A stretch of DNA of 64,000 nt from Octopus sinensis (taxonomy: Eukaryota). The stretch is taken from contig NW_021833297.1 of assembly GCF_006345805.1 (NCBI RefSeq), positions 11,559 through 75,558 of the forward strand, written 5' to 3'. Position numbers and translations under genes: made by a program. Positions within the stretch are counted from its first letter, which is position 1. Each line of letters starts with the position of its first letter. Shown here piece after piece: positions 1 through 13,262 of this stretch. The notes under the pieces are model-generated. The model saw nothing but the letters and a program-made list of their open reading frames with translations. It did not search any database and was not told where the DNA came from.

Positions 1-76
1 AACTATTTATTAAAATTTTATGTATTGATTAGTCTTTCCTTGTTTGTTTTGCAAATAGTGGTTTTGTCTCTAATAA

Positions 77-127
<51 letters not shown>

Positions 128-732
128 ATATATGTATATATATATATAATATATATATATATATTATAGATGTATATATATATATGTATATATATATAAT
201 ATATATTATATAATATTAATATATATATATACTATATAATATACATACACACATACAACATATATGTGTGTGTATGTGTGTCTGTACATACATACCTACA
301 TACATACTTATATATAATAATTATATATATAGGCGCAGGAGTGGCTATGTGGTAAATAGCTTGCTTACCAACCACAGGGTCCAATCCAAGTGTCTTCTAC
401 TATAGCCTCGGGTCGACCAAAGCCTTGTGACGGATTTTGTAGACGGAAACTGACAGAAGCCCGTTGTATATATGTTTATATATATATGTGTGCTTAATCA
501 AAACCAAGGAGTCATATCTGTTTATTTGTATCATTTTCTACATATCTGCTCACTTGGATTTCTCTTATAACTCGTTAACCAACTGACTTGGGATCCGGTA
601 AAGTTTTCCACATGTAAGTCCAAATTTTTTGAACGCAGCTAAGTGTTTCCTATATAGAGGTTCCCTTGACATCTGTATACGCTACACACATAAAAATATC
701 TGAGTATATCCTTATATACATTTATATCCTTA

Positions 733-1126
733 CTAGCAGTATCGCCCGGCGTTGCTCGGGTTTGTAAGGGAAATAACTATATAAGCATTTTTAGAGAGTT
801 ATAGCCAAAAAATAGCAAAAAATGCATTAAAAATGGAAAAAAAATGAGGGTAAATTTTTTTTAATCGTTGACTCATCGTAGACCTTTTTAGAGAGTTACT
901 TCCCTTATATAATAGCGAAAAAATTGCATTAAAATGGAAAAAAACGATGGTAATTTTTTTTTAATCGTAGACTCATCGTAGACGCGCGCTAATACCCCGA
1001 AGGGCTCGATATGAATCACAACTATAAGATACCCGGTTTTGGTTAAACTGCACCGCAAAATGTGGGGGTAGTTAGGAATCTAAATCGTAGGAGACAGACA
1101 CACAACTTGACTTTTATATATAAAGA
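733..1126 (-). mobile_element. Non-autonomous Helitron family H1, copy 1
   Basis: Reads 5'-TCTTTATATATAAAA...CCCGAGCAACGCCGGG(hairpin)..CTAG-3', inserted between A and T with no TSD. Confidence 0.8.
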
Positions 1127-1375
1127 TATACATTATATCCTTATATACATTTATATCCTTATATAGATTATTTCCTTATATACATTTATCATATCCTTCA
1201 CTCACTTCACTTCCCCCCCCCCCTCTAGTCGTGCAAAACAGTTCATCATTTCTCTGCCTCAAATATCATTGTATTTCATATCTCAATCCTTCCTCTCTAG
1301 AAATGTTTTGGTCGGAACAGACTAGATACATCAAATGCTCAGATACTGAAAATACTCCAGTTTCCTTCCTTTCCC

Positions 1376-1411
<36 letters not shown>

Positions 1412-1736
1412 TTTCTTTTTCTTTCTTCTTCTTTCTCTTTCTTTTTCTTTCTTTTTCTTTTTCTTTCTTTCTGTCTTTCTCTCTTTCTTTCCTCATATCT
1501 TTTCTATTTCTTTCTTTCTATTTGTGTGTTGGTGGTGTGTCACCAGATATTTGAGAAATGAATCCGGTTCTAGCAAGAGACCTCAATTTCATCGAATGTG
1601 CTTCGAGCTATGTTCTATTGTCTAAAATTTCATTGGGCAAACAGCCAGACATAATTATAGATCATACTCGTCGTTGTGGTCGACGTTGTTGTTGTAGAAG
1701 CTCCCCTTATTCTTCTTCTTCTTCTTCTTCTCTTCT

Positions 1737-1780
<44 letters not shown>

Positions 1781-3628
1781 TTATTTTTCATCTTTTTCTC
1801 CTTCTTCTCTTCTTCTTCTTCTTCATCTCTCTTCTTCCTCTTCATCTTTCTTCTCTTCTTCCCTACTTCTTTTTCTTTCTTCTTCTTCTCTTCTTCTTCT
1901 ACTTGTTCTTCTACTTGTTTTCTTTTTTTCTCATCTTCTTTGGTTCAAATCTTCTTTCTTCTCCTTCTTCGTCTCTTCTTACTTCTTTTCTTCTTCTTCT
2001 TCTCCTTCTTCTTCTTCTTATTCCTTGCGGTATTGAATTCCGTCTCTTTGAGTCGGAGTACAAATCCCGCCACTGTATACTTTGCATTTCACCCGTTCGG
2101 GGGAGTGGGGTGGCGATGAAGTGGAGGATCATCATCAACGCTTCCACTACCATCACCACCACAACCACCACCACCACCAACAACACCACTACCACGTAAA
2201 ACATCTCCAAAGCTACTGCTATCGAGGCCGATTTCACTATGGCTACTGAGTCTATTACCGCCAAAGGCACCAGCTGCATTTGCTAAGATAATAAGGACGG
2301 TTGTAGTAGGGTGGCTGTAAATTCCACAAAAAAACCATGACAAACCGGCGTTACAAAAAGAGCTGCGAGAAGAAAGGAAACACGTCCAGAAGAAAGGTAA
2401 GTCGCTCTGGCCGAGCCATTGTAGGTCATGCGAGAAAGTAACATATTCAAACTAATTTGCCAATACCTATGTACAAAGATGTTAAGAATAGAGAATCTGG
2501 TGTATATAAAGACAGGAAGATATCCGGAGATTATGTGAAGCCGAAAGTCTTCCGCGACTTAAGTAGGTAATATCGAGCCTTTGGGAGTAGACTTACTACG
2601 TTTTGGGAGTATTCTAAGAGAACTTGTCTTCGTTAAAGGGTGCTGATACCAAATATGTGACTATATTAGTGTAACGAAATAATCTTGTTCTGAGATACAA
2701 TTTATTCCTGATTTTGTTGGTGTATCCTCTCGTTCATTGAAATTAAGAAACTCATTCACAACCTACATAGTTAAGACAACTTTGTATCTCTTTAAAGGAA
2801 TCTCTTTCTGGATACACCCTCACTCAAAGCAAAACATATACACCACAAGTTCTTTAATGCGCGTAGTGTTTAAGCAAGTTATTTCTGACTAAACATTACT
2901 TATAACATCAAATGACACAACCAAGAATATGCACTCTTACAGTGACTCCTCTCAAAAGTGATTCCGTCATCCATAAGCCGTGACATACGCAGTGACATTA
3001 ACATTACCTAGTATATATATATATATATATATATAATATATTATATATTATATAATATAGGTCATATGGTTGCTGGCAGTTAGTTCTGCTCTTAAAAGGA
3101 TTTTATCCTTTATATATATACTGTTAAGTATTTACGTGTTGAAAGAAATTATCTTTCTACTTCATATATATATTATAATATATAATAATCTATTATATTA
3201 TATTATATTATATTATATTTAAAAATCTCTCAGTGAGAGTTATGCAGTAACAGCACGATAGAGTGATGGCTTGTTGCCCACTTAATGTGGTAGTCCCACG
3301 AAAGGGAAGAAGGTTACTGTGATTTAGCCCCAAGAAACGCTGTTTGAAAACTTACGGACGCAGAACGCGTCTTTCGCAGCCAACTAGAAACGGTGTTTCT
3401 TGGGGGCAAAATAAGAATATCATTTTTCTCTTTCTTTGGACTTCTACATTAAGTCAGCAACAGGCAATAATATAAACACACATACGCACACATATTATTG
3501 CTCGCAACAAATATTAGGTATAGGAGCAATAATTCTTTGGATGATACCATCCCTTAATGAGGTTAATTTAACCTCTAACATGCATTATTATTTGCATATA
3601 TATATATATGTATATATATACTATGATA

Positions 3629-3661
<33 letters not shown>

Positions 3662-3679
3662 TAAGTATCATATATTTAA

Positions 3680-3731
<52 letters not shown>

Positions 3732-3821
3732 ATGCCACACAATCTATATATACTTACATATATATATATATATATATAAGTATATAATAAGTATATATAT
3801 GTGTATATATATGTGTATGTG

Positions 3822-3858
<37 letters not shown>

Positions 3859-5049
3859 TATATATATGTGTTTGTGTGTATATGTATATATATATATAAG
3901 CGATAGTCTTCTTATTTACCTAAAGCTCTATTCTATTTATTCATTTACCTACTTTATCACTGATTCTTTTGACCACTCCCCTAAGAAAGACAGTTTGTGC
4001 CCTGCCTACCCCAAAAAGTCCCCCACCACCACCCCTTTAAATCTGCCTAAATGTATAAATGCCAAAACTATTCTTGACACCAAGCTTCCTGATGATTTCA
4101 TTTGAATGAAACAGTTCTAGTCCGTAGAAGCTCCTTCTGTATATATATATATATATAATATATATATTATATATATATATATATATATTAACTTGATATA
4201 TATATATAAAGTTAATCCAAAAGAAAAGCACAGAAAAAAAACACAGCAACGCGAGGACGTGGACAATTAAAGTATTATTTGACGCTCAGGAAAGAAGGGA
4301 AGGAGGGTTTAACGTTTCGAGCGGAGCTCTTCGTCGGAAAGAAAGGAGAAGGAAAGATCCCGAGAAGGGAAGACAGAGGAAACAAATTTTTTGCTGGTGG
4401 TGTTCAAGAGATCACATGTTGAAATATATACATATATATATATATATATAAGTATATATTGATTATGTGCATATACATGTATCTACACACACATGTGTAT
4501 GCGTCTGAGTGCAGCTTGTTGCCCAAAATTTTCTTGGGGAAATTGCATCGACTGAAATCTTTTGGAAGACTGCCGAATGAGCTGCACCATCATCATCATC
4601 ATCATCATCATCATCATTATGACGATAACGACTACGATGACAATAGCAACGACGATATCGATGATGATGATGATGATGATGATAGGGATGATGAGAATGA
4701 CGATGATGGGGACGATGATGATGGGGAGGAGGAGTATGATGAGGATGATCACAATGATGACGATGATGATGGTGGTGTTGATTATAATTCCTATATATGG
4801 CATTTTGACATTCACTGTTTTATGTTCAATATAAATGATTTTGTTCGTTGTTTTTTTTTCTATTTTCTGTGGCGTAAATTCTTCGTGTTTCATTTACAAG
4901 GAAAGTCATGAAGAGAAGAGAAATGCAGAGGTGGAAAGAAACACAGAAATGCATAAATAATTAATTCTATGAGAATTATACATACCATACAGACGTACTG
5001 AAACGAACGCGACTAAATACAGACATGTCTTGTATGATTATATATATTT

Positions 5050-5447
5050 GTATACACATGCACACACATTCATCTAAATATGTCTATGAAGACAGACAAA
5101 TATAGTAATATATATATAGTATATTTATACAGCATATAAGTTTATATGTATACATGTAGATATATAAGTATATACGTATAAGTATATACATATAAGTAAT
5201 ATGTATATATGTATATATATATATAATATATAATATAATATTATATAATATATATATATATATTATATATATATATATATAAGTATATATAAGTATATAC
5301 ATGCACACACATTCATCTAAATATGTCTATGAAGACAGACAATATAGTATATATATAGTATATTTATACAAGCATATAAGTATATATGTATACATGTAGA
5401 TATATAAGTATATACGTATAAGTATATACATATAAGTATAATATGTA

Positions 5448-5515
<68 letters not shown>

Positions 5516-5720
5516 CTAAGTATATATAAGTATATACATGCACACACATTCATCTAAATATGTCTATGAAGACAGACAAATATAGTATATATATAGTATA
5601 TTTATACAAGCATATAAGTATATATGTATACATGTAGATATATAAGTATATACGTATAAGTATATAAGTATATACATATAAGTATATATGCATATATGTA
5701 TATATATATATATATATATA
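5050..5720. repeat. About 240-bp tandem triplication in TA-rich DNA
   Basis: catctaaatatgtctatgaagacagaca recurs at 5071, 5314 and 5551. Confidence 0.85.
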
Positions 5721-6136
5721 TAAGTATATGTGTGTGTATATTGATGGGCATATGTCTGTATACATGCATGTCTCGTGTGCATTGATGTAACAGTATTTTG
5801 ATATTGTTTTTGATAATGATGAGTAAACGTGCGCATTTATTCGCATTCGTGAGTCTTATATGATGAAGTTATATACATAAACACACACATGCAAGGGCAC
5901 GAAGTTTGTATGTGTACTGAGATTTCAAGTGTATGTGTGTGTGTTTATGTGCAGCTATGTGTGGCATTGTATGATTGTGTGTGTATGTATGTGTGAGTAT
6001 GCTTGAATGTGAGTGTGCGTGTACGTATATGCTTACATACGTGTATATTCACATCTACAAATATACATTCTTGTCTCTCAATCTGTATCTTTATCTAATT
6101 ATCTCATCAATACCATGTACACAGACAATACCCGTA

Positions 6137-6192
<56 letters not shown>

Positions 6193-6265
6193 GCATATAT
6201 ACATATGTATATACGTATGTATATGTATGTATATATATATATGTGTATATATATATATATGTATA

Positions 6266-6318
<53 letters not shown>

Positions 6319-6417
6319 GTATTCATATATAATATACATGAAAATATAAATATTATTAAAATAATATTAATATCCAACAAGAATAAAGCAACATATTGGT
6401 AGAATTATAAATATATA

Positions 6418-7428
6418 CGATGACCACCCTTGCTAGCTATGCAGATGACACAAAAGTCTCCCACGCAATACAAAACCCTGAAAATATTGCGCATCTGCAA
6501 CATGAGCTGGACACAATATACAGGTGGGCTGAGGACAACAACATGCAGTTTAATGCAGGTAAGTTCCAGGCCCTGCGCTACTGGCACACAAAGGTAAATG
6601 ACGTGAAGACTGGATACACTGGCCCAGGAAGAATTGCAATCCCTGAGTCAAAATCAGTGCGTGACCTGGGCATTGACATGAGCAATGATGCATCTTTCCA
6701 AATGCATATTGCTAATCTGGTGATAAAATGCAGACGGCTAGCTGGATGGATTCTCCGAACTTTCAGAACAAGAGAGAAGGAGACACTGATGGTCCTATGG
6801 AAAACATTTGTCCTCAGCCGCTTGGACTACTGCTCCCAACTTTGGTCACCACACAATATAAAACAAACAGCAGAACTCGAAGCAACTCAGAGAAGCTACA
6901 CAAAGAAAATCGTCTCAATGCAAAATGTCAGCTACTGGGAAAGACTGAAGGTATTAAACCTCTTCTCCCTGGAGCGGAGGCGGGAGAGATATGTAGTGAT
7001 ATACATCTGGAAAATCCTGGAGGGTCTTGTCCCAAACTTTGGCATTCAAAGTTACTCCAACCGCAGAACGGGGCGCCGCTGCGTGGTGCCAAGGATTCCA
7101 ACATCACCATCAAAATACAGGTCCAGATACTGCAACAGCTGGGTTTCAGAGGACCACAGCTCTTAACATCCTCCCTAAATGCCTGAGAGACTTACATGGT
7201 GTGGATGTGGGTTTCTTTAAAACTAAACTGGATCTCTTCTTGTTGGGAGTCCCAGATGAACCCACCTCACGACAGGAGACACAGATGCGGGCAGCAGCAT
7301 CGAACTCCCTTGTTGATCAAGTGCCACGTATCAGAGGTGGATTCACAAACTAGTGTAGCTCATTCAGCGGTGGTGCCCCAGCATGGCCGCGGCCTTCGGG
7401 CTAAAACATTTTTAAGGATTTAAGGATT
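6418..7428 (+). mobile_element. 5'-truncated CR1/L2-group LINE (3' half of RT + 3'UTR)
   Basis: YADDTK, LQHELDTIYRWAEDNNMQFN, SRLDYCSQLWSP and SYWERLKVLNLFSLERRR motifs; frameshift near 7140; tail ...taaggatttaaggattt. Confidence 0.9.
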
Positions 7429-8033
7429 TATATTTCTTTACTACCCACAAGGAGCTAAACACAGAGGGAACAAACAAGGACAGTAAAATGGATTAAGTCG
7501 ATTACATCGACCCCAGTGCGTTACTGGTACTTAATTTATCAACCCTGAAAGGATGAAAGGCAAAGTCGACCTCGGCGGAATTTGAACCCAGAACGTAGCG
7601 GCAGACGAAATACGGCTACGCATTTCGCTCGGCGTGCTAGTGATTCTGCCAATAGGCGCAGGAATCGTTGTGTGGTAAGTAGCTTGCTTACCAACCACTT
7701 GGTTATGGGTTCAGTCTCACTGCGTGTCACCTTGGACAAGTGTCTTCTACTATAGTCTCGGGTCGACCGAAGCCTTGTGAGTGGTTTTGGTAGACGGAAA
7801 CTGAAAGAAGTTCATCGTATATATGTGTGTATATATATGAGGAGTAACGCTGCGATGGACTAGCGTCCCGTCCAGCTGGGGAACATATACGACATTGAAA
7901 CCGGGAAACGGGCGCATGAGCCCGGCTAGGCTTTAAACATATATATATATATATATATGTAGGTCCCGGGTTGAGTCGGAGTTAACCACAGTAAATAAGG
8001 TACCCAATACATAGCAGAGTAAAGTAATTTATT

Positions 8034-8137
8034 TTATAGAAGGAGCTTCTACAGGACTAGAACTGTTTCGTTCAGATGAATGAGCTTCCTGAAGATTTCA
8101 TCTGAATGAAACAGTTCTAGTCCTGTAGAAGCTCCTT

Positions 8138-8143
<6 letters not shown>
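8034..8143. repeat. Near-perfect fold-back palindrome (47-bp arms, 16-nt spacer)
   Basis: ttatagaaggagcttctacaggactagaactgtttcgttcagatgaa and its reverse complement, one mismatch; single-arm copy at about 4083-4128. Confidence 0.9.
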
Positions 8144-8180
<37 letters not shown>

Positions 8181-8781
8181 GATGTCTTCTTACAGTTCCC
8201 GTCTACCAAATCCATTCAGAGGACTTTGGTCGGCAGGGGGCTATCGAAGAAGGCACTAGAATCATGTGGTTGTGAAGCAAGCCTATTGTCACACAGCTAT
8301 GTCTGCATATTGGTTATACTTTTAGAGTAAGAGTGACAGTGACGTCGAAGTTTCGGCATGCTCGCCTCCGTCGTAGTAAGCCGAAACTTGGAAATCACTA
8401 ACAGTCCCTTTCTTGTAAATATATATAAGAAAATTTGGGTATGTGTACGCGCGTGTGAGTGTGTGTTCAAACGAAGAAAGAGAACACTCACTATATTGTC
8501 TAGTTTTCATACAAATTTGCCTTCTGACTCAAGCGTACATTTCTCGGTGTTCGCTTATACGGGTAAGATACGGCGGATAGTTGAGAAATTCGATATAAAT
8601 GAAGTTTTAAATGCATGCGACTTGACCGTTGGCTTTCTATTGGTCGTTCGTGAAACTGGTCCTCGTTAGTCTAAGGAGGTCCTGTGAGGGAAATGGTTGC
8701 AAGCTCTTGTAATAAGACAGTGATATTCTGCTACTAGAATTTTAAGAAAAGCTGCTGGCCGACATTATCTTCCTTTAATTA

Positions 8782-9326
8782 AGGCGGCGAGCTGGCAGAA
8801 ACGTTAGCACGTCGGGCGAAATGTTTGCGGTATTTCATCTGCCGCTACGTTTTGAGTTCAAAATCCGCCGAGGTCGACTTTGCCTGTCATCCTTTCAGGG
8901 TCGATAAATTAAGTACCAGTTACGCACCGGGGTCAATATAATCGACTTAATCCGTTTGTCTGTCCTTGTTTGTCCTCTCTGTGTTTAGCCCCTTGTGGGT
9001 AGTAAAGAAACAGGTATTTCGTCTGCCGCTACGTTCTGAGTTCAAATTCCACCGAGGTCAACTTTGCCTTTCATCCTTTCGGGGTCGATTAAATAAGTAG
9101 CAGTTACGCACTAGGGTCGATATAATCGACTTAATCCGTTTGTCTGTCCTTGTTTGTCCCCTCTGTGTTAACCCCCTTGTGGGTAGTAAAGAAATAGATA
9201 TTTCGTCTGTCTTTATGTTCTGAGTTCAAATTCTGCCGAGGTCGACTTTGTCTTCCATTCTTTCGGGGTCGATAAATTAAGTACCAGTTCGGGCCTTGTG
9301 CCTAGAGTAGAAAAGAATAGAAAAGA
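8782..9326 (+). mobile_element. tRNA-SINE family A head-to-tail trimer
   Basis: One full unit plus two 5'-truncated units; the whole array is flanked by a 15-bp direct repeat ATCTTCCTTTAATTA (8767-8781, 9327-9341). Confidence 0.85.
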
Positions 9327-10463
9327 ATCTTCCTTTAATTAGAGGTTGTACTTGTTATTTTACTTTCTTTTTGAGATTTGCTTGCTTTACCATCCGGGTC
9401 ATTTGCTTGAAATTGTCTCCGGGTAAACGTTTCTTTGAGATTATGAGGGAACTATTTCAAATTTCTTTTTTTCTTATGGGATACCACACGCTGATTTTAT
9501 ATATGTATCTACTTTCTAATCCATCACTAGAGTTACAGTAGAAAAGACATAATCTTGGTTTCTCTATTTGCTTATAAAACGGAACCGGAAAATACAGATT
9601 ACCCTTTCTCGAGCCAAAAAGGGCTTAGATATGTTGCTCTTCATTGAATTTATTAGCAGATGAAAGACAGTGGTTACCTCGGTGGGATATGAACTCGTAA
9701 ATTTAAGAGCTGAAACTAAATACCACAAGACATTTCTACCGACGCCTTCACGATTCTATCAATTCAACAACACCGGTTTCAAAAGAAGCAATGTAACGTC
9801 ATATCAAATTCATTTACAATTTAATCAATCCATACTAACCTACGTGCATTCAAAAATCATTTGATTACAGCACATCAAATGATCTTTGGCTGCATACATT
9901 TCACTCATATACGACTCTAAATAAACTGAAAAGGTGGCAATCTCTTATAAAAGCAAATTTTATGTTATTTCTTCTTCCTTTTACAGTCGCTATAAGAAAT
10001 ATAGTGAACCAGCCAATAACTTGCTCGTAAAAAGTAACTAGATGAACTACTGGTACGATATTGTTTCTATGCCGTTTCTGTGACCTGTCTTCTCTATGGC
10101 CAAATACCTGTAAATTGTTCTTACTTTCTTTGCAGTGTTCTGTGCTTTATCAAGACATTTAATCTTTTCTTAGGAAGTTAAGTTTCTAGTTGTTTGTGTG
10201 GAGTTGAAGCAGTTGTGGTGTTGAAGCATTAGTTTTTTGGTTGAAATTGCAGAAATTGAAGAAAAATAAAACAACAAATATCTTACAAACTATAGAATTT
10301 TCTTAATAAAGCCAAGAGAAAAAGATGTTTTATAAACATATTCTACCAGTATAGGAAGTTTAAAATTCTTTAGTTACCTAGAAATTATGTTAAAATCTGC
10401 CGTTCAAACTGAAAAGATCCTAACATTAAAAATAGATATTTTAGTGCTGCGATACCTTGATAT

Positions 10464-10843
10464 GTGGAGGCGCAATGGCCCAGTGGTTAGGGCAGCAGAC
10501 TCGCGGTCATAGGATCGCGGTTTCGATTCCCAGACCGGGCGTTGTGGGTGTTTATTGAGCGAAAACACCTAAAAGCTCCACGAAGCTCCGGCAGGGGATT
10601 ATGGTGATCCCTGCTGTACTCTTTCACCACAACTTTCTCTCACTCTTACTTCCTGTTTCTGTTGTACCTGTATTTCAAAGGGCCGGCCTTGTCACTCTCT
10701 GTGTCACGCTGAATATCTCGAGAACTACGTTAAGGGTACACGTGTCTGTGAAGTGCTCAGCCACTTACACGTTAATTTCACGAGCAGGCTGTTCCGTTGA
10801 TCGGATCAACCGGAACCCTCGTCGTCGTAACCGACGGAGTGCT
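10464..10843 (+). mobile_element. tRNA-SINE family C (GGAGGCGCAATGGCCCAGTGG...GGTTTCGATTCCC...ACCGACGGAGTGC)
   Basis: Clear A box TGGCCCAGTGG and B box GGTTTCGATTCC; about 380 bp. Confidence 0.88.
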
Positions 10844-13030
10844 TCCATCCACCTTGATATATATATAGGGTCGTGCAAAATCACAAACTATTCATTCAAA
10901 GTCTTTTTGTGATTTGTTAGTGTCCCTGCGAATTTTCACCATTTTGATTCCCTTATTGCTTATTTATTTCTTTAATTATTTGTTTTTCTAGTGGACGGAA
11001 CGGATCGATATCGTAGTCTAAGTAGAAGACGCTTATTTTCTCTTTTGAGCTTCTGTCATCTTTAGTTGTTTTTTTTTTTTTTTTTTTTTTTTTTGGTGGT
11101 TAACTCTTCGAGAAATTTCTGAGTAGAACATTTGTTTGGCATTACAGTGGAAGTATGTTGTTTGAAGTTGCAACGTTTGGTGTGATGTGACTATTATTCT
11201 TGTTGATGTTGCTGCTAATTACACTGTGATATGTTGCTCTTTAATGATTTATGTTGGATGCAAATCATTCCTGCTTTTGTACTTTCTCAGACTATTTATT
11301 CATTTATTTATTTATGTATTTTTATTACTTCCTTGTTTAATTATTTAGTGCAAAATTTAATTTTTCTTGTTTGTGGTTTTGGTTCGTTTTGTTTTCGACA
11401 GTCTTTGATTGTTTTTTTAATGTTGTCTATTTTTTTATTCGTAATTAGGGTGGTATTTTTATTTTGTTTTGTTTCGTATTTTTTATTATTTTGATTTGCA
11501 TTTTTTTTTTCCTAGAGTGCCTATTGTTCTTTTAGCGAATATATATACCGCAGTGTTTATGTGTAAAATCGTGGTGTGTTTAAATCTGAAAAAAATTCCA
11601 TTGTTAGAACGTGCTTCGTTGTGTCTGTTTTGAAGTTTGTAGAAGTGTTTGAACTATTTTTCTCTCGCGTGTGATTAGGTTACCATTATAATTAATAGGT
11701 GACCCGAGAAAAACTGGAAAATTGCTTACGAAGGTATGTATTTTAACCTCCTTCTTTGATATGTACGCTGCGAATATAATTAATAGATGACTCGAAAAAA
11801 CGTTGAGGAATCTTTTACTAAGGTATATAAGAAAAAATGACGATGTCTGGAGCGAGCGATTTTTGAAGTTGGTTTGGTGAAGAATGTACGTAAGTTAGTA
11901 CGGGTTGATTAAATTATAAAAGAATTTTAGTTACGACGCTGTTAAGTCACCTCTTATGTTATATGTATTATTTGTGATCCAGGAAATGCTAATCGCATTG
12001 AATTCTTCCCTAAGAGTGGTCTTTGTGTGTGTGAGTGCACGTGGCTTAGTGGTTAGGGTATTCGGCTCACGATAGTAGGGTCATGAGTTCAATTCCCGAT
12101 GGCAGATTGTGTTCTTGAGCAAGACACTTTATTTCACATTCATTTTAATCCATTCAGCTCCCAACAAAGAGTTCTACTTTGTAAATCAAAGGGCCATCCA
12201 TGTCGCATTCTGTGACACGTTGAATCTCCCTGACAACTAGGTTAAGGGTTCACGTGTCTGTGGAGTACTCAGCCATTTTCACATTAATTTCATAATGATA
12301 TTGGATCAACTGGAATACTCGTCCTCGCAACCGACGGAGTGCTAGTGATGAGTGAGTGGTTACCTACAGGCTTCCTCGTCGGCTGCATCGTAGTAGCAAG
12401 TGGTGGGCAGAGATGAAAATCATGTACCAATGATGATAGTATTGAAGATACTGGTAATGATGGCGATGGGGAAGCAGATATTCAAAGACGTCACCACAAC
12501 GTTACTCACGTAGATGCGGATGCTTGCAGTTACTATTCTTATATTCTTTTACTTGTTTCAGTCATTTGGCTGCCGCCATGCTGGAGCGCCACCTTTAGTC
12601 GAGCAAATCGACCCAGAATGAAAGGCAAAGTTGACCTCGGCGGAATTTGAACTCAGAACGTAACGTCAGACGAAATCCCGCTAAGCATTACACCTAGCAT
12701 GCTAACGATTCTGCTAGCTCGCCGACCTATGATCCAATATGAAATTGGCTTCAAATTTTGGCATACGGCCAGCAATTTCCGGGGAGTGGATAAGTTGATT
12801 ACAAAGATCTCCAGTACTTGACTGGTATTTATTTTACCGATCCCGAAAGGATGAAAGGTAAAGTCGACCTCGGCGGAATTTGAACGTAAAGACAGACAAA
12901 ATGCTGCTAAATATTCTCCAACGTTCGCTTACGATTTTGTCTTCCCGCCACCTATAGATCAAATATAATATTACTGTATTTTGGCGTTTTGTGGTTCGAT
13001 GTGATGTACTTAAATATATTGCTGTCTTTA

Positions 13031-13262
13031 AAGGCGGCGAGCTGGCAGAAACGTTAGCACGCCGGGCGAAATGCTTTGCAGTATTTCATCTGCCGTTACG
13101 TTCTGAGTTCAAATTCCGCCGAGGTCGACTTTGCCTTTCATCCTTTCGGGGTGGATAAATTAAGTACCAGTTATGCACTGGGGTCGATGTAACCGGCTTA
13201 ATCACTTTGTCTGTCCTTCTTTGTCCCCTCTATGTTTAGCCCCTTGTGGCAGTAAAGAAATA
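13031..13262 (+). mobile_element. tRNA-SINE family A (GGCGGCGAGCTGGCAGAA...GAGTTCAAATTCC...AAAGAAATA)
   Basis: A/B-box head, full length. Further copies at about 7430-7652(-), 12610-12950(-), 17400-17556(-), 20880-21030(-), 28260-28400(-), 29440-29640(-), 41548-41760(-), 42975-43160(-), 43849-44060(-), 44140-44330(-), 62510-62700(-), 63718-63932(-). Confidence 0.85.

Noticed and set aside
1558-2199. 213-aa ORF rich in S/Y/F/L/T
   Set aside because: Built from (TCT)n, (TTA)n and (ACC)n tracts plus an old SINE fragment.
4459-4911. Poly-His/poly-Asp ORF resembling a metal-binding or biomineral protein
   Set aside because: It is a (CAT)n/(GAT)n microsatellite open in all frames, with no signal peptide, splice support or unique flanking coding sequence.
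25-6402. Numerous YI/IY/VC/HT-rich ORFs here and throughout the window
   Set aside because: They are translations of (TA)n, (TG)n and (CATA)n microsatellites, which lack stops in several frames.
8340-8700. CpG-richer patch with TGACGTC and a 10-bp stem AAGTTTCGGC/GCCGAAACTT
   Set aside because: No TATA/Inr-ORF context or ribozyme core; insufficient to call a promoter or RNA.
9960-10440. Stretch that looks like an interspersed repeat or DNA-transposon remnant
   Set aside because: No TIR, TSD, second copy or coding motif is visible in this window to support a call.
10464-10540. tRNA gene calls for SINE heads
   Set aside because: A/B boxes are present but there is no complete acceptor stem, and each continues into a multi-copy SINE body.
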